From assembly GCA_963722675.1 (NCBI GenBank), contig CAVROP010000090.1:4560-68559 (forward strand): 64,000 nucleotides of DNA, read 5' to 3'. How positions within the stretch are numbered: the first letter of the stretch is position 1; every line of letters starts with the position of its first letter. Both the position numbers and the translations under genes were made by a program. The notes beneath the pieces were generated by a model that saw only the letters and a list, made by a program, of their open reading frames with translations, was not told where the DNA came from and searched no databases. The stretch is from an uncultured Acidobacteriota bacterium. Its GTDB lineage: Bacteria > Acidobacteriota > Terriglobia > UBA7540. This document shows, piece after piece, positions 53,053 through 62,798 of this stretch.

Positions 53053-54077
53053 CCTCCCGCCGGAGGCGGCATTTGCTCGAGCAAGCGGTGAAGAATCTCG
53101 TCCGAATCGATGCGGTCCGACTCGGCATGGAAATTCAGAAGGATCCGGTGGCGCAGGACCGGCGTGGCCAGCGCCCGCACGTCTTCGTAGGTCACGTGGT
53201 AGCGCCGGTGCGCAAGGGCGCGAGCTTTGGCCGCCAGCACGATGAATTGCGCGGCGCGGACGCTGGCCCCGTAGTTGACGTATTTCTTAACGAAGTCCGG
53301 CGCCGTTCCGCTCTTGGGACGCGTGGCGCGTACCAGGCTGACCACATAGCGCGCCAGGGAATCCGCGATGGGCACCATGCGCACCAAGCCCTGAAACTCC
53401 AGAATTTCCTCCGCGTTGGTCACCGCCTCCACTTTCGGCACGCGTGTGGTCGTGGTCAGGTCAATGACTTTGGCCTCGTCCTCGGCGCTCAGGTAACCGA
53501 GCAGCGTATTGAATAGAAAACGGTCAAGCTGAGCTTCGGGAAGCGGATATGTCCCTTCCAGTTCGATGGGGTTTTGAGTGGCCAGAACGAAGAAGGGCAG
53601 CGGTAACGAATAGTGGTTGCCGCGCACCGTGCAGGAGAGTTCCTGCATCGCTTCCAGCAGTGCGGCCTGCGTCTTGGGGGGCGTGCGGTTGATTTCATCC
53701 GCCAAAACGATGTTGCCGAAGATGGGGCCCTGGACGAACGTCCAGCGCCGGTGGCCGGTGGTCGGATCCTCTTCGATAATATCCGTCCCGGTAATATCCG
53801 AAGGCATCAGGTCGGGCGTAAACTGGATGCGCGTAAAAACCAGGCCGAGCGTCCGCGCGATGGTGCGGACCATGAGTGTCTTGGCCGTGCCGGGCAGTCC
53901 GGTGATCAGGCAGTGCCCCCCGACGAAGAGGCCGATGAGAATCTGGTCGAGGACTTCTTCCTGCCCGACGATCACTTGCCGGACTTGGGAGAGAATGTTG
54001 TCCCGCACTGATTGAAAACGCTCAATCCGGCTCTTGAGTTGGGTTAAGTCAGGTTGTACTTCCGTGATAGTCCCCAT
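53049..54077 (-). CDS. MoxR-family AAA+ ATPase, module 2, intact
   Basis: Walker A is GLPGTAKT and Walker B is IVLADEINR. The [22 protein letters not shown] block is present. Confidence 0.9.
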   Translation of the reverse strand: MGTITEVQPDLTQLKSRIERFQSVRDNILSQVRQVIVGQEEVLDQILIGLFVGGHCLITGLPGTAKTLMVRTIARTLGLVFTRIQFTPDLMPSDITGTDIIEEDPTTGHRRWTFVQGPIFGNIVLADEINRTPPKTQAALLEAMQELSCTVRGNHYSLPLPFFVLATQNPIELEGTYPLPEAQLDRFLFNTLLGYLSAEDEAKVIDLTTTTRVPKVEAVTNAEEILEFQGLVRMVPIADSLARYVVSLVRATRPKSGTAPDFVKKYVNYGASVRAAQFIVLAAKARALAHRRYHVTYEDVRALATPVLRHRILLNFHAESDRIDSDEILHRLLEQMPPPAGG

Positions 54078-54080
54078 GAT

Positions 54081-56256
54081 TCACCTTTTCGTAGAATCCT
54101 GAAGTTGCAAGAGTAGTTTCTGCGCGGGGCGGTAGCCCGGCGCCGCCTCCAGCGAGGCCAAGACGTGTTCCTCGGCTTTATCGCGCTGGCCGGCGGCGAA
54201 ATAGGCCTGGGCCAGATTGAACTGCGCTGAGGAGGCGTCCAGCGGGTGCATGGCCACAACCGCGCCGTATTCACGAATCGCGCCGGGATAATTCTCCTGC
54301 GCGAGCCAAAGCTTGCCGAGGCGGCGATGCAAGTCCTCGTCCATCGGGTCAATATAGTTAATCCGATCCAGCGTGGCAGCGGCGTCCTTGGGTTCGCCCA
54401 GGTCCTCCTCCAGCGAGGCCAAGTGTTTAAGCGTCTGCGGGCTGAGGCCCCCGGCCTTTTCATACTCCGTCAGCGCTTCGACGGCGGCCCGTTTCTCGCC
54501 TTTGGCAAGGTGCGCATCCGCTAGGAACTCATAAGCATTCGCGTCCTCAACATACTGTGGGTACATGCGGCGGACTTCCTCGCCTTGCTTCAGCACCTGG
54601 TCGTAATCGCCGGCCTTGGCGGAGGCCACCAGGGCCTTCAGGCTCGCCCGCCAGGTGTCAAAGCCGGCGGCGGTCTTGCCGAGGTCCGCGTAAAGCCACG
54701 CCTGAAACTGCGTGTCGAAATCCTGCGGCGAGCATGCCGAGATCCAGTTGGATTGTCTCGGATGTAGTCTTTCGATTGGCGAACGATTGCACCATTTCGA
54801 GCAGCTTCCCCGTCGCCCCAGCGGCCCTGGATGTAATCGCAGATGCGCCCTGCCTGGAAGTAGGAGACCAGGACCTGCGCCGGGATATTCCGGTCGAACG
54901 AAGCCGCGGTCGAGTTGCGCAACCGGAAGCAATTTCTTATCGCGCAAGGCTACCAGGATGTCGGGTGTAACGCGGCTGCTCCATTCCGGAGACACGTCCG
55001 CCTCTTCGTGGACGGCCAGGCCTTCAGTGAACCAGCGCGGCACGCGGCTGTGCGTTGCGGTAAGGATGTAGACGTGGCTCAGCTCATGCCACAGCGTGGC
55101 GCCCCAGTGGAAATCACCGGGCTTGCGTGCGGAGGGGCTGTCCATGGCGACGACCTCGCCAAACGTAACTCCCTCGGCGCCCAGGCCCGGCATCCCCATG
55201 GTCCTGACCGCGAAGTCCTCGTGGTCGGGGTAGGCTTCCACTTGCACGGGACCCGGAAGCGTCATCTTGTATTTCTTCTCGTAGGTCGCCATGGCGCGCT
55301 GCAGTAGGGCATTGAAATACGGGTGCAGCAGCTCGGCTTCCTTCTTGTGCAGCCTCAGAATCGTGGCCCCATCCTTGAAGGTAATAAAGTTCTTGTAGCT
55401 GTCCAACAAGCGAAGCGTGTTAACGGTCGCTGCGTCCCGGAAGCCGTTGTCGTAGCAGAGTTCGAGTTGGCGGCGGGCTTCGCTTTCATTTCCCAGGCGC
55501 ATCAGATTGACGCCCAGGGCAGAGCGCGCCGACCAAAGCTGCGGATCAAGTTCGACCGCCTTGCGGTAGTAGGCGACGGCATCCTCGAAACGGTAGTTCA
55601 GCAGCAAGTGGTGGGCGATGATCGCGCAGCCTTCACCGTAAGTTGGATTGACTTGGCGGATCTTCGCGAGCCAGAGCATCAGGCGAGCGATCCGCCAAGA
55701 CCTCCACGGCCGCATGAACGGCCATGGCGTCGAGTGCTTCCGGGGAAATTTGCAGGGCGGCGTCAGCCTGCTTCAATGCCTCCGCCCGATTCGAATCTTC
55801 AAGAGCGAGACTGGCCATCAGCTCATGGGCTTCCACTCAGCTGCGGGTCCAGCGCGAGCGCTTGGGCGGCCCATTTCACCGCCTTCGAGTCGTACCCATC
55901 GGCACTTACAAGTGCGAGGCCCAGATAGGCCTGGGCGTTCTTGGGGTCGCGCTGCAAGGCTTCTTGAAAGAGGGTTTCCGCTTCCACGTTATTGAAGCGC
56001 TCATGCATCAGGCGGCCCCAGCGAACGCGGTAGTTGGCATTGCGGTCGTCCTGGGCCACCGCCTCGCGAAATTCGTCGTTGGCCTCCTGATACATTCCAA
56101 GACCCCAGTAACCTTCGGCGCGGAGGAATGATCGCGCTGCGCCGCAAGCGATTGGTAGCACGCGTGGGCTTCGTCGCGACGGCCGTGCTTGGTTAGGGCA
56201 TGGCACTCGTCGGGCGTCGTGGCCTTCGCGGCACTGAGACCAAGCGCGGCCATCAT
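54081..56256 (-). pseudogene. TPR-repeat protein with an embedded peptidase-MA-like (HExxH) domain and about 6 frame disruptions (56128, 55838, 55665, 54880, 54809, 54731)
   Basis: The zinc motif WHELSHVYILTATHSRVPRWFTEGLAVHEE is flanked by TPR-like repeats. The pieces lie in ORFs 56008..56529, 55823..56452, 55633..55836, 54081..55715 and 54638..54922. The stop is 3 nt from the MoxR start. Confidence 0.7.
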
Positions 56257-56273
56257 CCAAAATGCTGCAATCG

Positions 56274-56393
56274 CTTTGGAGTGCGGCAGCTTGCTGCCGC
56301 TTTTCTTTAGACCAGCTTGCTGGCCGCGCACCGGGCGAAGCGCGAGCAAGCTCGCGGCAGAAAAAGCGGCAGCAAGCTGCCGCACTCCAAAGC
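56274..56393. repeat. MITE-like element family B copy 3 (short form with the internal hairpins in swapped, inverted order)
   Basis: It has the same terminal inverted repeats. The internal order is gaccagcttgctggcc then cgcgagcaagctcgcg, the reverse of copies 1 and 2. It ends 18 nt upstream of the predicted start of the TPR-peptidase gene. Confidence 0.8.
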
Positions 56394-56525
56394 GGCTGCG
56401 CCGCCTGGAAAGGCGAAGCCTTTCCGCAGAGCGGGGCGGCAAGCCGCTGCAATCCCTGTCACCTGAAGCCGCAGGCATTGCCAACTGGATCGAGCTTAAA
56501 ATGGACAAGCCTGGTTTCATCCGCA

Positions 56526-57465
56526 TCACTTGTCCAACTCCTGCTGGACGCGCGCCAGCTCCAGCAGCGCAGCGGTGAGTTGCTTCTTGTAGTCTTCCTC
56601 TGACATCGCGGCCTTTTGATACTTCAGGGTATCGATCTGGCGTTCAAGCTCCTCTTTCTTGGCCAACAGGGCGCGCTTGCCGGGATCGTTGGCGGCGCGT
56701 TCCGCGGAGCCGAATCGAACCAGGGTGAAGCTGGAAAGCATCAACCCTTCCCCGGCCTCGCTCGATGCCGCGCGGACCGCCTCGCCTTTGCCCGTGTCCT
56801 CGAACATGGCGTGCTCGGTGGCCAGGCGCTTTTCCGATTCGTAGTAAGCTGCGGTCTTACGTGCGGCGTACTGGAACGCTTCCAGCGCACTGATGGCTTC
56901 GTTCTTGTCGACGTCGGCGTCGGGGTCGTGCAGCGCCTCAACCCAGTAGCGGCAGAAGACCGTGGCGTTCTTCTCAGTTCCCGACTTGGTGGCGGCGACG
57001 ACCGCTCGTCCCGGCCGTTCGAGCGCGGGGACGGCGCCGCCGCTGGCACTGGTGGTGTTGACGATCAATTGCCGCCTGGCGGGTACGCGATCACACAGCC
57101 GCGCCAGCTCTTCGGCTGAAACATCCGGGCCGACCAGGTTGAACTTGTATGCGACGCCATCGAACGAGCCGTGGCCGATGAGGATCAGCACGAATTCGTC
57201 GTCGGGCTTGGCCTGGCTGGAGATGACGCCGAACATTTCGGTCAGTCGCTCGCGCGTGGCCTCTTTGCCGAACAGCGTCTCGACATGCGCGTCCACGCCG
57301 GAGGCCTTGAGCACCTTGTCCAGGTCCTTGGCCAGTGCTGTGAATTGCTGCTCATACTCCGGTTCGCCGCCCAGGCCCGGCGACAGTCAGGTAGTACGTC
57401 GCGCCTCGGGAGCGGGAAGCGCGGAGATGAAGCAAGAATGCAAGGGGCAGTCCTGCCGACCCCAT
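56526..57465 (-). pseudogene. Legumain/caspase-fold (peptidase C13-like) protein with a C-terminal coiled coil; one frame disruption near 57385
   Basis: The His context is FVLILIGHGSFDG. The position expected for the catalytic Cys reads IVNTTSASGG. The N-terminal piece MGSAGLPLAFLL ... YYLTV joins SPGLGGEPEYEQQFTALAKDLDKVLKASG in another frame. Confidence 0.55.
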
Positions 57466-57477
57466 CCTACGGAGGAA

Positions 57478-57586
57478 CCCCCTCACCCGGCGCGGTGCGC
57501 CACCCTCTCCCCCAAGGGGGAGAGGGTATGAATCTAATGATTCTCTCCCCTCTCCCCTCGGGGGAGAGGGGTCGGGGGTGAGGGGG
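57478..57586. repeat. REP family A copy 6 (double hairpin)
   Basis: Sequence cccctcacccggcgcggtgcgccaccctctccccc-aag-ggggagagggt ... ctctcccctctcccctc-gg-gggagaggggtcgggggtgaggggg. Confidence 0.8.
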
Positions 57587-57631
57587 CTCTGGTGCCTAAA
57601 CCCGCCGCCTCATTCAATATTGAAGAACTCG

Positions 57632-59894
57632 TCACACGATCCCCCACCTCCGGCGCAGCAGCCATTCCGAGCAACGCAGGAGCAAAAACAAAATGAAAAC
57701 AGCCGGCATGTTCCACAGTTCTTTAATCTGACGGACGCTGATTCCCGCCTCCGAGTAGGGAATGTCGCGGGCAAGCTGGGCAGCCTCATCGGGCTGCCAA
57801 TATCGCCCGCCGGTTTGTTTAGCGAGCCTTTCCAGAAGGTCGCGGTTCTGCTCGAGATGAAAGTTCTCCGCAACCCCGTCCATCCTTTCAAAGTCCAGGT
57901 TGTCGCTGCCGAGATCGGCGTCCCCGCGCTTGGCTGTCACCAGGACCGAGTACAATTCCGGCCGCTCGGCATTCCACTCTCCCTGAAACGTGCCGGGCGA
58001 GGCCGGGTCGGGAGCCAGATCGAGCGTTGCGCTCACGCCTCCCGGTCCCGAGATGTGGGCCTGGACAAGGGCGTCGGGGGCGGGCGCGAAATCCTGACCG
58101 CGAACCTCGGCCGAGATTTTTGCCCGTCCTTCGTCAAACAGTATGGGCTTGGCTGACGGACGCGACGACGTGGCCCGGTGTGTCGGCCACGAGCCAGCGC
58201 AGCAGTTGCTGCCAGAAGGCGTCGTGCGCAGGGTCACCGGAGGGCAGAGCCATCTGCCATCGCCACGTCCCGCCCGTGGCCAGGATCGCGGTCCGTCCGC
58301 GCCCATAATTCTCGGTGACCAGCAGCGGCTCCTTCCGTCCCCCGCCGTTCATTTCCACCAGAACTGCCGCGCCGGGTTTGGGCGTGCCGGGGTCCTGATA
58401 GTCCTCGAGGTAGGGCAGTTTATTCCAGCGCGCCAGGTTGCGCGCCGGGTCTTCTACCAATCGGCAGATGACGTTGTCGGCGCCCACGGGCGTCAAGGCG
58501 ACGGTCGCCGGGTCCCGGTGAAATGTGCCCTTTGCGAGCGGGCAGGAGCGAGGGAAGAAGGTCGGCAAGGCCGGACGCGCTCCAGCCTCCGTCGGACAAG
58601 GCGAAGCGGCCGCCGAGGAGCAATAGCCCGCCGCCGCGGCGATCGACGAATTGCTCGATCAAATCGCGCTGCGCAGGAGTGAAGTAGCCCGCTTCCACCG
58701 ACCCGATAATCAGCCCTTGATATGCGAAAAGCTCCTCGGCGGTGGCCGGGAAGCCCTGCGCCAGTTCGTTCGGACTGTCGATTCCCTGGCGATAGATTTT
58801 GTTCTCCGTCGTACGCAACATCGAGACGAGCTGGACGATGGAGTCATCGGACTCTGCGCGGCGGATAAACTTGTATTCCCAACGAGGTTCGCCTTCGAGA
58901 TAAAGAACGCGGCGCCGGCCCGACTCGACATTCACGAGTCGCGTGACGGCATTATTCGAGGGATTCTCTTCGCCGGGCAGCGGGTCGACGGAGAAGCGCA
59001 GCGCCTTGGCGCCGGCGCGGCCGGCGTTGAACATCAAATTCTCGGTTTGGGCAGCGCCGTCGGCGGAGAGGGTGATCTCGCGCGCTGCCAGCGCTGTCGC
59101 GCCATCGTGAACGCTCAGCGTAGCCTTCCGCCCTGCGTAACCGTGCTGGTGAAAACGGACAATCGCCGACAGGCGCGAGTCCGCCAAGGCGCGCGGCTGC
59201 AACCGTCGCGTCGTCGATCTCTACGTCCTGCACCATGGCAAGGCGCCCGAAGCCGACGGTGTGCACCGGAATCCGGCGTGAGCGAAGAGCCGTGATGGTG
59301 TCCAGATCGACGCCGCCGGAGTTGTCGGACCCGTCGCTCAGCAAAACCACGGCCCCAATCGGCAAATCGCTGGTCTCCTCCGCCAATTGTTTCAATCCCG
59401 CGCCGAGGTGCGTTACGGGCGCCGACGGCCCGCATTTCCTCCAGGCTCGAAACGCGCGTCGCTTCGCGGTCGAGCCGATAAAAGCGTGTCTGGAATTGCT
59501 TCTGGAGACCCGCCAGCACTCCGCCTTGCATAACTTTGACGGCACGCTCCAGGCGGGAGGCGCCGTCCTCCGTGGTGGCCATGCTGCGCGAGTCGTCCAC
59601 CACGATGGCGATGATGTTCTTTTGGGGTTCGAGTTGCGCAACCACCAGGGCCGGCTGCCAGAGCAGGATCAGCAGAAGCGCCACCAGACACGATTGCAAA
59701 AGCCAGATGACCCCTGCCCGCCAGTTCCGCACGCTGGCAGCAGCTTGAGGCAGGCGAGCGCGAATCAGCGCCGCCAAAGCGCCCGCTGCCAGCAGCACCA
59801 GCAATCCCAGGAGCCACCTCGGCCAACTGCTGAGCAGGACCAGTTCGCCTCTCGCAAATACCAGGCGTGGGTATTTGAAGAAAAAGTGAAACAT
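57632..59894 (-). pseudogene. vWA-domain membrane protein (BatA/BatB-like) with 4 frame disruptions (about 59435, 59196, 58540, 58156)
   Basis: The ATG at 59894 gives MFHFFFKYPRLVF followed by TM helices. MIDAS motif IIAIVVDDSRSM is present, then LLSDGSDNSGG and a C-terminal TM segment (MPAVFILFLLL). Five consecutive ORF pieces join with sensible sequence at each junction. Confidence 0.75.
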
Positions 59895-60020
59895 GGAGTA
59901 CTCGTAGAGGCAACACTCGCGGTTGCCTATATGCTCTGCGTCAAGAATCTCGAAGCCCTGGTTACCCTGAGTACGATGCCCTGTACTACCCTTTGGATGC
60001 AAAAAGATCGCAGCGTGTGC

Positions 60021-60194
60021 TGTCATCCCGAGCGCAGCCAAGAATCCGGGCAGTTGTTATTCGTTTGCAATAGCTTACGACGAACTGCGGAGATCCTCTG
60101 GCTGCGCTCGAAAGTCATGTCATTCTGAGCGAAGCGAAGAATCTGAATTTGTTCGCCTCGGAGCTGCAGATCCTTCGCTTCGCTCAGGATGACA
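60021..60194. repeat. REP/MITE family C copy 2
   Basis: A degenerate arm (tgtcatcccgagcgcagccaagaatcc) is followed by a full hairpin gtcattctgagcgaagcgaagaatctg ... cagatccttcgcttcgctcaggatgacag. Confidence 0.8.
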
Positions 60195-60264
60195 GCGATT
60201 CTCATTGCATCGGATCGGTCAAAGACGCCTGACCACTCGGGACGACAGGCATGGCCGCCACGCT

Positions 60265-61697
60265 TCACGCATATCGGAACAGCGCCTTAAAGCCAAAGTC
60301 CATGTGCTGCTGGTTGTGGCAGTGAAAAAGCGTCAGCCCCGGCTGGTTGGCCAGCAAGTCCACGGAAACCACCCCGTAATTCGGCACTACCACCGTGTCC
60401 TTGATTACCCCTGAGGTCTTTTTACCGTTCACATCGACGAGCTCAAACGTGTGTCGATGCATATGCACGGGGTGGGCATCGTCGCTCCGATTGTGAAACA
60501 CCAGGCGGTAGCGCGCGCCCTCTTTCAGGACGAACTCGCCCTCGTGCGGATATTCCTTGCCGTTGATGAGCCAGTGGTTAAAGTTCCCGGGCCCGCCCGG
60601 AATGACCTCGATGAGCATGTCAATCGTCTGATCGGGCGCCGGATGGGCGGCGGGCTTGCCGAAGATCGAGTAGTCCCATTGAAGGTTCGTAGGGGCGACC
60701 CACTTTGGATCTCCGTGTTGGTTCGCATACTCGACCAGGACGCCCATGCCGTCATTGCGGTCGTCGTCCTTGGTGGCGCCCAGAATCCAAATCCCCGGCC
60801 GGTTCATCTCCACCACCGCGTCCACGCGTTCGCCCGGACCCATCGCCAGGACTTCGACCGGGTGCGGAGACGGAACGGGGTTTCCATCCAGAGCCAGAAC
60901 GTTGAACAAATGACCCGCAAAGGCAATGCTGCGGTTTCCTGTGGCGCTGGCGTTGAGCACGTGCACCAGCAGGCGTTGGCCCTGCCGGACTCGAATCGGC
61001 TCTCCCGCGCCGAGCGACTTGTCATTGATCGAGAAGATCCGATAGCCGACCTCCAAACCGTTTTGCCGCTTATCGGGGACTGCGGGCTTTTCGGGCTGCG
61101 GTCCCGGCGGCCCCATCTCCATTTCGTCCATATCTTCTGAACTCAGATACGGTTCCCAGTCGCGCAGCGCCAGAAACACTTCCTGGTCGTATCGGCCCGG
61201 ATTCTCGGCCGGCTCGACGTAGACGAAGCCGAATTGGCCGGTGTAAGTGCCTCGGTGCAAGTCAATCCCCGCCATCGTGTGAGTGTGATACCAGCGCGTG
61301 CCCGCGGGGCGCGGCACAAACTGATAGCGCCGCCGGCCATGAGCGGGAACCATCGGCGTGCCTTCCTCTTCCGACCCGTCGACCTCGGGGGGGATGAAGA
61401 ATCCGTGCCAGTGCACGAGTTCCGGCACGTCCGTGTCATTCAAGACCTCGACCGTAATCGGCTTGCCCTCGCGCATGCGCAAGACCGGGCCCGGTGAAAC
61501 CCGTTGTAGCCAATGGTGCTGATGGCGCGGTTGGGATCAAGCTGCACAATCACGGGGGCGATCTTGAGCGTGACATCCGCCCCGCCCGCCTCGGGCGCCG
61601 AGGCCTGCGGCATCGGCATTTGCGACCCGAGCCGCCGGGCCGCGCCGAGTCCCGCGGCGCCACCGCATCCGTATTTGAGGAAGTCTCGTCGATCCAT
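60265..61697 (-). pseudogene. Tat-exported multicopper oxidase with one frame disruption at the A/T run 61497-61499
   Basis: Signal MDRRDFLKYGCGGAAGLGAARRL. Copper motifs are VHWHGF, WYHTHT, HPVHMHRH and FHCHNQQHMDFGF. Adding one T restores YNGFSPGPVLRMREGKPITVEVLN. Confidence 0.85.
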
Positions 61698-61704
61698 GCC
61701 AAAA

Positions 61705-61827
61705 CCCGAAATCCGAAACTCGAAATTCGAAACTGGAAATTCGGAAATCAAGGCCCGCTCGCTCCAGGTTCACTTCTGCGCCTTCGCGGTTCCTCGAATT
61801 TCGATTCTCGAATTTCGAGTTCTTCCC
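61705..61827. repeat. Long imperfect inverted repeat built from cgaaat(t) motifs (family F)
   Basis: The left arm ccgaaactcgaaattcgaaactggaaattcggaaatc and the right arm cctcgaatttcgattctcgaatttcgagtt are roughly complementary and about 38 nt apart. The element exactly fills the gap between the DUF4159 stop and the MCO start. Confidence 0.7.
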
Positions 61828-61829
61828 GG

Positions 61830-62621
61830 CTAGTGCGTCATCCCGTAGATGATGTAATTGATCCCCAGGCGATAGGCGAGCGAGGAAAACCGTTCCGGGT
61901 AGCGCGGATCATCGGCGTGCTCCCAAGCATCTCCCAGATGCATGTTGTGGCAAATGGCGACCATGATTCGGCCCTTGTCGTCCCGGATGGCGCGCCAATG
62001 CGGCTCGATACCATCCCGCTCATAAGTTCTGCCTGTCCAGATGTACTGATAACCCGGTATTTGGAAGCGTTCGTCCAGGTCGTAGAGCACGTGAAAAATC
62101 TCATCGCTGTTCTTCAGGTCCTCGACTTGGCGTTCCGGAAACACTTTGCTCATGCCCTCGAGGAAAGTCTGCCACTCGGCGGCGCCGTGGAAGTTGTCGG
62201 CCAACAGGAAGCCGCCTCGGAGCAGGTACTCGCGCAGGCGCTGGGACTGTGCCGGGGTGAAATTCCAGCGGCCGACGTTGACGGCATACAGCCACGGCCA
62301 GTTGAAGATCTCGTCACTGTCCAGGTCCAGGACCTTTTCAGTGCTGCGAGCGTTGAGCCGGGTAAGACGCCGCACACCTTCGGAAAACTGGCGATCGGCC
62401 TTGGGGAAATCCTCCGACCAACCGAGGCGACGCCACCCGCCGAAGCTGCTCCCGCTGGTGGCGAATCTCAGGCGTCCAAAAGTGAACTCGGCTTTTTCGT
62501 TGGTCTGGGCGGGAGCTTCCTCCATATCCCAGGGAGCAAAGCCGTCCTGTTGAAAAGCCATCAGGACGGTGCTCAGCCCCAGAAGCAGAGACACGAACAG
62601 CGTGCGCGGACGGAACCCCAT
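61830..62621 (-). CDS. DUF4159-domain protein
   Basis: 263 aa with a signal or anchor sequence. The blocks FTFGRLRF ... WSEDFPKADRQF, NWPWLYAV and LREYLLRGGFLLADNFHG are as I recall for DUF4159, a family often next to MoxR/BatA operons. Confidence 0.65.
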   Translation of the reverse strand: MGFRPRTLFVSLLLGLSTVLMAFQQDGFAPWDMEEAPAQTNEKAEFTFGRLRFATSGSSFGGWRRLGWSEDFPKADRQFSEGVRRLTRLNARSTEKVLDLDSDEIFNWPWLYAVNVGRWNFTPAQSQRLREYLLRGGFLLADNFHGAAEWQTFLEGMSKVFPERQVEDLKNSDEIFHVLYDLDERFQIPGYQYIWTGRTYERDGIEPHWRAIRDDKGRIMVAICHNMHLGDAWEHADDPRYPERFSSLAYRLGINYIIYGMTH

Positions 62622-62798
62622 GGATCACCCTGCCTAAATGGTAACAAAATGTCAGCGTTTTTTCCAGCCGACCGCGCCCGCTGTATCTGAGCCCCGACCA
62701 GCAATCGTAGCGCAGACCTTGAGCTGCGGGTTGGCGCTCCCGAGTATAGCCTATCTGTGGAGACTAGCAAGGGCGCCCGGCGAGACGCGCGGCGTCCC

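Noticed and set aside
56008-56529. 173-aa ORF reading through MITE-B copy 3; similar short ORFs lie inside REP elements (8541..8792, 39136..39453, 57171..57581, 12531..12884)
   Set aside because: Their translations consist of repeat-encoded peptides (SKLPHSK, AAALQ, PSPPRGRG types) that recur wherever the DNA repeat occurs. They are not independent genes. Only the downstream part of 56008..56529 is real coding sequence.
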